NCBI GenBank assembly: GCA_045047115.1
Contig: JASFYR010000009.1
Span: 103,599 to 167,598 of the forward strand
DNA from: Sulfurospirillum sp.
Lineage (GTDB): Bacteria > Campylobacterota > Campylobacteria > Campylobacterales > Sulfurospirillaceae
DNA: 64,000 nt
Reading direction: 5' to 3'
The notes beneath the pieces were generated by a model, which was given only the letters and a program-made list of their open reading frames with translations, had not been told where the DNA came from and made no database searches. The position numbers and the translations under genes are program-made. Shown piece by piece: positions 21,875-29,871 of this stretch (positions within the stretch are counted from its first letter, which is position 1; each line of letters starts with the position of its first letter).

Positions 21875-23071
21875 TCATTTAGAAACACTATAAGCTAAAT
21901 TTTCATCAAATTTAGTTTTGTTCTTTAAAAGTATAAATATTGTTTTTAAAAGTTTATTGGCAACGGCTATAACAGCTTGTTTGAATTTTTTACCTTCTTC
22001 TCTTTTTTTAGTGAAGTAAGCATTGAATTTTTCACAGGAACGGATCGTTCCAATTGCCATTTGCCAAATAGTACGACGAAGGTTGGCATTACCTCTTTTT
22101 GAGATTTTGCCTCTATAGTTAACTGAAGTACCACTCTGTCTAACAGATGGGTCAATTCCAATAAAAGCACAAAGTTGCTTTACAGATTTGAACTTATCAA
22201 CAGAGGATACTTCAACCATAAAGTTTTTAGAAGTTACTGCACCAATGCCAGGTATTGATTGTAAAAGTTCAATATCATCATTAATATCAGTATCTTCTAA
22301 AGAGTTTCGCAGCTCTTCATCAAGTATAGATAGTTCATTTTGAATGGTGATTAATCTTCTTATTTTAGAAGTTAATACCTTTTCAAGATACTTATCAGAT
22401 ACAGCAATAGAGTTCTTTGCAAGTGAGAGTATCTCATCTGCAGTGATTTTAACTTTATTGCCACTGGTACTATCTAGTAGTTTTTGAATTTTCTGCTTCT
22501 TCAAGTTCCTAACAGCCTTACGGCTAGGAGCTTGAAGAAGCAGATTTAAAATGCTTTTTGTAAATATGTTTGTGAACTTTGCCAATTCTGGAAACAGTTG
22601 AACTAAGTTAGCTTTTATTTCAGTTTTAAGTCTGGCTATCTCTTTAGAAAGTGATTCTCGCTCTCTAATAAGAGGTCTGATGCTTTCAATTGCATCAGGT
22701 GTAGCTAGATGCAATGACTGATATGATTTTAAACTAAATAGAGCAATTGAAGTAGCATCTTTTTTATCATTTTTAGTCTTTCTAAGAGTGGTTGAACCAA
22801 TAAAACTCTTTATGAGTATTGGATTTATAACCACACTTTTAAAACTATTTTCTAATAAAAAAGAGAGTAATGGTAAATGATATATACCAGTAGCTTCCAT
22901 TGACACTAAGAGCTTATCTTTGGAATAAGATGATAGATATTCTAATAGAGTATCAAATCCTTTTCTATCCATTGTAAGTTTCTCTTGTAGTTTAATTTCT
23001 CCACTACCCTCAAGTAGTGTAATATCAAAGCTATCTTGACTAATATCTATTCCACAGAATTGTTTATACAT
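21875..23071 (-). CDS. IS110-family DEDD recombinase/transposase
   Basis: RuvC-like GIDIS, MEATG, KTKNDKKDA; Tnp domain SIPGIG, GIDPSVRQSG (catalytic Ser), ISKRGN, AVANKL; ATG at 23071 after AAGG. Confidence 0.95.
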   Translation of the reverse strand: MYKQFCGIDISQDSFDITLLEGSGEIKLQEKLTMDRKGFDTLLEYLSSYSKDKLLVSMEATGIYHLPLLSFLLENSFKSVVINPILIKSFIGSTTLRKTKNDKKDATSIALFSLKSYQSLHLATPDAIESIRPLIRERESLSKEIARLKTEIKANLVQLFPELAKFTNIFTKSILNLLLQAPSRKAVRNLKKQKIQKLLDSTSGNKVKITADEILSLAKNSIAVSDKYLEKVLTSKIRRLITIQNELSILDEELRNSLEDTDINDDIELLQSIPGIGAVTSKNFMVEVSSVDKFKSVKQLCAFIGIDPSVRQSGTSVNYRGKISKRGNANLRRTIWQMAIGTIRSCEKFNAYFTKKREEGKKFKQAVIAVANKLLKTIFILLKNKTKFDENLAYSVSK

Positions 23072-23096
23072 CACAAACACCTTTACAAGTTATTTT

Positions 23097-23277
23097 TACA
23101 TGTAAACAGATAAGCAATCTTGCTTTTATCCTATCTCCATAATGACAGAGGCTCGAAGCCTAATCAACCTATTGGGATTACGAGCAAGTGATAGACTCCT
23201 TGGAGATTTAATAAAACTTCATTAAAAGTTCTATCATTGATCTAAAAAAAATGTGATCATCTTGCTTATCTCTTTAC
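23097..23277 (-). ncRNA. Candidate IS110 bridge RNA (~180 nt)
   Basis: Starts just after a minus-strand TATAAT (23283-23288); two internal-loop/apical-hairpin modules whose segments match the reconstructed target and donor; ends approximate. Confidence 0.7.
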
Positions 23278-23312
23278 ATGTAATTATACAAAATTTATTA
23301 GTAGGAGTTCAA

Positions 23313-25004
23313 ATGTCAATAGATATAAAAGATCTTGCAAAAAATAGTAAGAATTTGAAACTTCTTTATGTTGAAGATGATAAAAATGCTCGTGAAACCA
23401 CTCTAAAACTACTTGATAATTTCTTTAACAATATAACAATAGCTATTGATGGAAAAGATGGTATAGAAAAATTCAAAAACAAAAAGTATGATTTGATTTT
23501 GAGTGATATTAATATGCCAAATATCAATGGTTTGGAAATGTTAAAAAATATTAGAAAATTGGATACAGAGGTATCTGTTTTGCTGCTTTCGGCACATAAT
23601 GACAGCGATTATTTTTTAGAAGCAATTGAACTGGATGTAGATGGCTATATTTTAAAGCCCTTGGTTTTCAAGCAATTTATAAAAGTTCTATTTAAAATAG
23701 TTCAAAAAATTAATCTTTTAGCTTTGAACGAAAACTATCAAAAACATCTCGAAAGTGAGGTAAAAAAAAGAAGTGCAGAATTAGAACACAAGTTGTATTT
23801 TGATTCTCTTACAGATCTTTTGAGTCGATATTCATTTTTTAAAGATATCGAAAAATTGGATTTACCAGTGATTCTTTTGCTTAATATTGATAAATTCAAA
23901 GTGATAAATGAGGTTTACGGCATAGATGTCGGTTCAAAAGTTTTACAAAAGTTTGCAGATTTTTTAAAGTTGATTATTAAAGATAATTCGTGTAAGTTAT
24001 ATCGCTTATCTGCAGATGAATTTGCAATTGTAGATACAACAAGACATATTGATACAGAAAAATACGAAGAGTTGATAAGAGATATCTTCAAAAAACTTCA
24101 CTATTTTAAAATGTCAATAGATAAAAATATTATTTCCATAGATATAACCATAGGTCTTTCAACGGTTGAAAAAAATGGCTATGAAAGTGCAAAAATAGCA
24201 TTGGACTATGCTAAAAAACATAAAAAATCTTTTATGATGTACTCCAGTGCTATAGATTATCGTAAAGAAAACAGTGCAGCTTTAAAATATAGAGATAAAA
24301 TTTCTCTTGCTATTGATGAAAACAGGATAGTTGCAGTATATCAGCCTATAGTTGATAAAAATATGCTGATTGTAAAATATGAAACATTGATGAGATTGAA
24401 AGAAGAAAATTCTCAAAAGTTGATTTCCCCTTTCTATTTTTTGGATGTGGCTATAAAAACAAGGCTTTATAGTCAATTGTCACATATAATCATCTTTAAA
24501 GCATTGGAAATGGTGAATTCAACCAATAAACAATTAAGTATAAATTTTACATATAGTGATATTAAAAATGCTAATCTTATAGAAGATATAGAAAGTTTTT
24601 TATATTTGCATAGTGAGGTTGGAAATAAGAGTGTTTTTGAAATTACTGAGAGTGAAAATATTGAAAATTACGATGTGGTAAAAAATTTTATAACACGCTT
24701 TAAAAAATATGGAGTAAAGATAGCAATTGATGATTTTGGAAGCGGTTTTTCAAATTTTAATTATATACTGGAAATTGAGCCTGATTATCTCAAGATAGAC
24801 GGAACGCTGATAAAAAATATAGATACCGATGCAAATTCTCATGCATTGGTTGAAGCCATAGTGAAATTTTCTCATAAATTGGGTATAAAAGTTATAGCTG
24901 AGTATGTGCACTCTAAAAAAGTATTTGATATACTAAAGGAGTTAGATGTAGATGAGTATCAGGGTTACTATTTTTATGAACCTTTGCAAGAGATACAGGA
25001 GTGA
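23313..25004 (+). CDS. Response regulator receiver + degenerate GGDEF + EAL domain protein (probable c-di-GMP phosphodiesterase)
   Basis: YVEDD, SDINMP, KPL; SADEF in place of GGDEF; YETLMR, FEITE, DDFGSG, KIDG, AEYV, QGY. Confidence 0.9.
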   Translation: MSIDIKDLAKNSKNLKLLYVEDDKNARETTLKLLDNFFNNITIAIDGKDGIEKFKNKKYDLILSDINMPNINGLEMLKNIRKLDTEVSVLLLSAHNDSDYFLEAIELDVDGYILKPLVFKQFIKVLFKIVQKINLLALNENYQKHLESEVKKRSAELEHKLYFDSLTDLLSRYSFFKDIEKLDLPVILLLNIDKFKVINEVYGIDVGSKVLQKFADFLKLIIKDNSCKLYRLSADEFAIVDTTRHIDTEKYEELIRDIFKKLHYFKMSIDKNIISIDITIGLSTVEKNGYESAKIALDYAKKHKKSFMMYSSAIDYRKENSAALKYRDKISLAIDENRIVAVYQPIVDKNMLIVKYETLMRLKEENSQKLISPFYFLDVAIKTRLYSQLSHIIIFKALEMVNSTNKQLSINFTYSDIKNANLIEDIESFLYLHSEVGNKSVFEITESENIENYDVVKNFITRFKKYGVKIAIDDFGSGFSNFNYILEIEPDYLKIDGTLIKNIDTDANSHALVEAIVKFSHKLGIKVIAEYVHSKKVFDILKELDVDEYQGYYFYEPLQEIQE

Positions 25005-25006
25005 TT

Positions 25007-27049
25007 ATGTTTGCATATCTTAAAAATATATTAAAAAAACCACATATGGATTCTTTGGTATTTAGATTGATTTTTTGGTTTATGTTTTTATCGTTAACAC
25101 CACTTGTTATTCTCTCTTTTTATCTGTATGAAAACAATACGCTTGTTATTAAAAAAAATATTATAAAGGAGCTTGCAAAATCTTCGGAGTTGAAACAAAA
25201 ATATATAGAAAATTGGTTTAATTTTAGGTTTGCAGATATAACCAGTTGGTCCCAATCAATATATACGGTAGATTTTTTTAAGAGTTTGAGTGAGCATTTT
25301 AAACAAAACCGACAAGAAGTCAAAGTGTTTGTAAAATCTAAACAGTACAATCAAACAGTCAGAAAATATGAGAGTGATTTAATGAAATTGTTAAAAAATT
25401 ACCATTATGTTTTAGATATTTTTCTCATAAATAAACAAGGAGACATTCTTTATGCCATGGCAGGAGGTAAAGAATTGGGAACAAATATACTGAAAAAATC
25501 ATTTGCTAAAACAAAATTTTCCATAGTTTATAAGAAAACAGTAAGCGACAAGCTGGTTCATTTCTCAGATTTCGAATATTTAAAGGTCTCTGACAATAAA
25601 GAAACAGGTTTTTTAACTGCACCCCTAAATGATAAAAATGGAAAATTTATAGGTGTGATTGGGGTGCAGATTAATTTGAACAATATCTTTTCAATATTTT
25701 TATCTCAAAAAGGCTATAGAAGTTATCTGGTTGGATTTGACGGTGTTTTGAGGGTTGATATCTCTGATGATAAAAAAGTATTAAAAAGCAAGATAGATTT
25801 ATCACCTTTTGTGCACAAAGGGAAGGGGCATATACCAGTATATAAAAACAGCTTTGACGAAGAGGTTATCGGGATGTATAAAACTATCGTTTTTGGTGAT
25901 ACAGAATGGATACTGATAGATGAGGTCAAGCTAAGTATGATAAGAGAAGATGAAAAAAAGTATGCTGTTTCAGTGCTGTTGTATCTGCTTATTATTTCCA
26001 GTATAGTTTTTTTGGTTGCAAATTATATCGCTATTCAAATCACCAAACCCATAAATCTATTGGCAAAAGCAAGTGTTAAGGTCTCAAAGGGAGATAGAAA
26101 TCTTATCGCCAACACTAAGAGAGATGATGAGATAGAAGTATTGGTAAGAGCTTTTAACAAGATGATTATCTCACTTATTAAGAAGGAAGAATTGTTGGCT
26201 GAAAAATCTTATGAGTTGTATGAGTCAAAAAAGAACCTTCAAGTATATAATGATGAGCTTGAAGATAAGATTTCTCAAGAGATTCAAAAAAATACTCTGC
26301 AGCAACAAATGCTTTTCAACCAAACTCGTTTGGCACAAATGGGAGAAATGATAAGTATGATTGCTCATCAGTGGAGACAGCCATTGGGAGCAATAGCCTC
26401 AACATCTATAGATTTGAAAATGAAAATTGAGCTAGAATCATTTGATTTGGATGATAAAAATCAGAGGATTGAATGTCAGGATTATTTCTTGGACGGACTT
26501 GACAATATAGAAAGCTTTACCCAGGATTTAACCACTACCATAGATGATTTTAGAAATTTTTACAAACCAAATAAAACTCTAAAAGAAATTTGTATAGATG
26601 AGCCGATTCAAAAAGCACTTAAAATTATAGAGTACTCTTTAATTACAAGCAATATTGATTTGATTAAGAATTTTACAAGTAAAGAAAAAATCAAAATTTT
26701 TGATGGAGAGTTAATGCAAGTTATTTTAAATATATTTAAAAATGCACAGGATAATTTTAAACTCAAAGAGATATCGCAGGCAAAAATATGGATACAAACA
26801 CGCGATGTCAAAAATGGAATCGTTGTAAACATATGTGATAATGGCGGTGGAATTGATGATAAAATCATAGAGAAAATTTTTGATCCGTATTTTTCAACCA
26901 AAAGTCAAAAAAATGGAACAGGTTTGGGGCTTTATATGTCAAAAATCATAGTAGAAGACAATCACAATGGAAAACTATCGGCAGTAAATAGCGATAAGGG
27001 GGTATGCTTCATCATTGAGCTGCCATCAAAAGTTAGCACGATATCCTAG
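25007..27049 (+). CDS. Membrane sensor histidine kinase (Cache-like, HAMP, HisKA, HATPase)
   Basis: Two TMs around a periplasmic domain, HAMP DEIEVL, IAHQWRQPL H-box, DNGGGI, FDPYFSTK, GTGLGL. Confidence 0.92.
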   Translation: MFAYLKNILKKPHMDSLVFRLIFWFMFLSLTPLVILSFYLYENNTLVIKKNIIKELAKSSELKQKYIENWFNFRFADITSWSQSIYTVDFFKSLSEHFKQNRQEVKVFVKSKQYNQTVRKYESDLMKLLKNYHYVLDIFLINKQGDILYAMAGGKELGTNILKKSFAKTKFSIVYKKTVSDKLVHFSDFEYLKVSDNKETGFLTAPLNDKNGKFIGVIGVQINLNNIFSIFLSQKGYRSYLVGFDGVLRVDISDDKKVLKSKIDLSPFVHKGKGHIPVYKNSFDEEVIGMYKTIVFGDTEWILIDEVKLSMIREDEKKYAVSVLLYLLIISSIVFLVANYIAIQITKPINLLAKASVKVSKGDRNLIANTKRDDEIEVLVRAFNKMIISLIKKEELLAEKSYELYESKKNLQVYNDELEDKISQEIQKNTLQQQMLFNQTRLAQMGEMISMIAHQWRQPLGAIASTSIDLKMKIELESFDLDDKNQRIECQDYFLDGLDNIESFTQDLTTTIDDFRNFYKPNKTLKEICIDEPIQKALKIIEYSLITSNIDLIKNFTSKEKIKIFDGELMQVILNIFKNAQDNFKLKEISQAKIWIQTRDVKNGIVVNICDNGGGIDDKIIEKIFDPYFSTKSQKNGTGLGLYMSKIIVEDNHNGKLSAVNSDKGVCFIIELPSKVSTIS

Positions 27050-27745
27050 TTTTGGAGTATTTGAGATAAAATTTTTAGGTAATTTCTTTCTTAATCGCTT
27101 AACTAAACTTTTTATTGAGTCTGCAGAAAACTCTTTATCCGGTTCATCAAAATATATATGGTTAAATATTGATATTGCACCAAAAGACTGATTTTTGTTT
27201 TTTAGAAGAAGGTGAAGAAGTTTGATTTCATTTGTACTTAATTCAACCTTTTTTTCATTTTGATACAGTGTGGCAGTTGTGATATCATACTCAAATCCAT
27301 CATAAAGCGAGACTCTGTCGGAGTTTTTGAGTAAGTTGCAAGTATCAAAAAGAATTTTTAGCAGGTTGCTGGAAGTAAAGGGTTTTTTCATAAAACCATG
27401 AGCGCCTAGATTGATTAGTTCTACTAAATGCTCTTTGTCATCATGAGCAGATACTATTATGATCACTTGTTTTTTGTTTATCTCAAATATTTTTTTGGTT
27501 AATTCAACACCGTTTAGCCTTGGCATTTTGATGTCGCTTATGACAATATCATAGTATTTTGAAGTTGATTTATAGTAGCTATTGTACATATCCAATCCAT
27601 CTATGCCGTCTTTTGCTATATCAACTATCTTAAAAAGCTCTTTAAAGATTGCAGCAGTTTTGTTTCGGATAATTTCATAATCTTCTATATAAAGAAGAGA
27701 GTAATTTTGTGATAATTGCTTTAAAGTCTTAAAATCCATCTGCAT
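27026..27745 (-). CDS. OmpR/PhoB-family response regulator
   Basis: Receiver IED, SDIKMP, KKPF; winged helix SIKSLVKRLRKKL, GYR. Confidence 0.9.
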   Translation of the reverse strand: MQMDFKTLKQLSQNYSLLYIEDYEIIRNKTAAIFKELFKIVDIAKDGIDGLDMYNSYYKSTSKYYDIVISDIKMPRLNGVELTKKIFEINKKQVIIIVSAHDDKEHLVELINLGAHGFMKKPFTSSNLLKILFDTCNLLKNSDRVSLYDGFEYDITTATLYQNEKKVELSTNEIKLLHLLLKNKNQSFGAISIFNHIYFDEPDKEFSADSIKSLVKRLRKKLPKNFISNTPKLGYRANF

Positions 27746-27831
27746 CCCAAGTTTTGACTAATTGTGCGTACAAATTATTTTACAATAATAATCTTAAATT
27801 GTTCTTTACTAATATTATAGACTAACTAAAT

Positions 27832-27864
27832 TGACACTTTTGTGACACAATCTATAGTTATACT
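27832..27864 (+). promoter_or_regulatory. Tandem TGACAC boxes plus -10 upstream of the PAS/MCP operon
   Basis: TGACAC-TTTTG-TGACAC-N10-TATACT. Confidence 0.6.
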
Positions 27865-27900
27865 CTAGGAATATAAAAATTATTTATGAGGAGTTTACAT

Positions 27901-28413
27901 ATGCAAAAACCCAGTCCGAATAGTCATGAAAGTATTCTCAATATCAGTGATTTTATAGTCTCCAAAACTGATTTGCATGGGAAGATTATATATGGCAATA
28001 AAATATTTATTAAAATATCCGGTTATGAAGAGAGTGAGCTTTTGGAAAAACCCCACTCTTTATTGCGTCATCCCGATATGCCAAAAGTGATTTTTTCTCT
28101 GTTATGGAAACGAATAAAAAACAAAGATGAGATTTTCGCATATGTAAAAAATCTATGCAAAGACGGTTCGTATTACTGGGTTTTTGCAAATATTACGGCT
28201 ACATTGGATGAGAACGGAAATATTCGTGATTTTCATTCGGTAAGAAGGAAGCCAAGCAGGGCGGCTATGAAAATTATCCCATCTCTTTATGCGCAGTTGC
28301 TTTTAGCTGAAAAAAGAGATGGTGAAGAGTCCTCAAGAAGAGTTTTAGATAAAATATTGGATGAAAAAGGAGTTGATTATGATGAGTTTGTCCTCAAGCT
28401 TCAGCAGCAATAA
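27901..28413 (+). CDS. Stand-alone Aer-type PAS protein (CetB-like)
   Basis: [57 protein letters not shown] before ATG 27901. Confidence 0.88.
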   Translation: MQKPSPNSHESILNISDFIVSKTDLHGKIIYGNKIFIKISGYEESELLEKPHSLLRHPDMPKVIFSLLWKRIKNKDEIFAYVKNLCKDGSYYWVFANITATLDENGNIRDFHSVRRKPSRAAMKIIPSLYAQLLLAEKRDGEESSRRVLDKILDEKGVDYDEFVLKLQQQ

Positions 28414-29833
28414 AACAGTGCTGAATTTTATATTAATTGTATCTGTTGTAATTTTTTTATTGATTTATAGTTTGTATACAGCCGCAATAGTTGTTGCATG
28501 TTTGGCTATAATTATACTTTTTATACCAGAGTCTTTAAATAAAAAGAGTTACGATAGTGATATCATTGCTCGAGTAGAAAAGATTTTAATATCAGCAGGA
28601 GATGGTAATTTGTCCTGTAGAATTACAGATATTACCGCTGGGGATAAGTTGGAAAATATAGCTTGGGGAATCAACGATCTGCTTGATCAGACTGAACAGA
28701 TGATGCGTGATATCGTTGCTTCAATAAAAGAAGCAAGCAGAGGCATTAAGCTAAGGACGGTTTTTGCAGATGGATATAAAGGCGATTTTCAAGCCTCCTG
28801 CGATGAGCTAAACAGTGCTATTGTGACTATAGCAAACTCATATAAAGGCAGGATGCGTTCAGAACTTTCAAGAGAGTTTGAGAAAATTAGCGGTGGTATT
28901 TCAAAAGGACTTATGGATATTCAAAATGATATTATAAAAAACAGTAAATATTCTGAGATAATTAATGATGTAACTTCACGAACAACAAAAGATGTTTCCA
29001 GGAGTCAAGATAGTGTAAATGCAATCACAACTAATTTGCAAGGACTTATAGAGACGATACATAGCTCAAATGATGCAATTGGCTCGTTAAATAGTAAAAC
29101 AAATGACATTGGTATGGTTGCTAATTTGATTAAGGATATAGCGGAGCAGACAAATCTTTTGGCATTAAATGCTGCTATAGAAGCTGCAAGAGCCGGTGAA
29201 CATGGGCGTGGATTTGCTGTGGTTGCTGAAGAAGTCAGAAAGCTTGCCGAAAGAACTCAAAAAGCAACAACAGAGATATCAATAACACTTCAAACGCTCC
29301 AGCAGGAAGCCGGAGATATCTTGACCAGTTCTGATAATATGTTAGATACTGCTTCAAAAGCACAAGAAGAGATAAATAATTTTGAGACTGTGCTGGGAGA
29401 TTTTGTAAATACTGTTTCAAATAGTGCAGATACTTCAAAATACATCAACAGTTCTTTGTATGCAACTCTAGTGAAGGTAGACCACATCATATTTAAACAC
29501 AATGCCTACTCTTCTATTGTCAGTGAAGACAAGGAGAGAGCAGGTAAATTTACAGATCACCATGGGTGCAGAATGGGGAAGTGGTATTATGAAGGAGAAG
29601 GATTGAAACTGTTTTCAGGTACAAATGCCTATAAAAATATGGAATTACCACATAAAACAGTCCATACGACAACATTGTCTGCACTTGATTATGTGCTTAG
29701 AGGAACCAGTCTTATGCTTGAAAATAAAGAAGATATAGTATATAATATTGGATTGATGGAAAAGGCATCAAAAGAGTTATTTGTTTTGCTTGATAATATG
29801 GTTATAGAGGCAAATCCAAATGTAAAACTTTAG
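28379..29833 (+). CDS. Methyl-accepting chemotaxis protein with C-terminal CZB zinc-binding domain
   Basis: Two adjacent TMs, [27 protein letters not shown], then [26 protein letters not shown]. Confidence 0.88.
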   Translation: MMSLSSSFSSNKTVLNFILIVSVVIFLLIYSLYTAAIVVACLAIIILFIPESLNKKSYDSDIIARVEKILISAGDGNLSCRITDITAGDKLENIAWGINDLLDQTEQMMRDIVASIKEASRGIKLRTVFADGYKGDFQASCDELNSAIVTIANSYKGRMRSELSREFEKISGGISKGLMDIQNDIIKNSKYSEIINDVTSRTTKDVSRSQDSVNAITTNLQGLIETIHSSNDAIGSLNSKTNDIGMVANLIKDIAEQTNLLALNAAIEAARAGEHGRGFAVVAEEVRKLAERTQKATTEISITLQTLQQEAGDILTSSDNMLDTASKAQEEINNFETVLGDFVNTVSNSADTSKYINSSLYATLVKVDHIIFKHNAYSSIVSEDKERAGKFTDHHGCRMGKWYYEGEGLKLFSGTNAYKNMELPHKTVHTTTLSALDYVLRGTSLMLENKEDIVYNIGLMEKASKELFVLLDNMVIEANPNVKL

Positions 29834-29871
29834 AAAATTTATCTGCGTAAAATCATTTAAGAAGAGAAAAA

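Larger units (their letters stand above)
21830..23307 (-). mobile_element. Complete IS110-family (bridge recombinase) insertion sequence, ~1476 bp
   Basis: Intact recombinase; AGGAGT at both junctions (21827-21832 and 23303-23308); long left end (~235 nt) and short right end (~43 nt); no long TIRs; coordinates include both copies of the inferred core (AG on +, CT on -). Confidence 0.85.

Noticed and set aside
21967..22170. 67-aa alternative-frame ORF inside the transposase
   Set aside because: No RBS or motif; nested in a conserved frame.
21827..23308. AGGAGT as a 6-bp target-site duplication from a DDE transposase
   Set aside because: The enzyme is DEDD IS110 type, which recombines at a short core; the identity is better explained as target/donor similarity. 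The exact crossover within the 6 bp is inferred only.
23253..23312. 20-aa N-terminal extension of the REC-GGDEF-EAL ORF from a GTG
   Set aside because: Lies inside the IS left end with no RBS; ATG 23313 has AGGAG at proper spacing.
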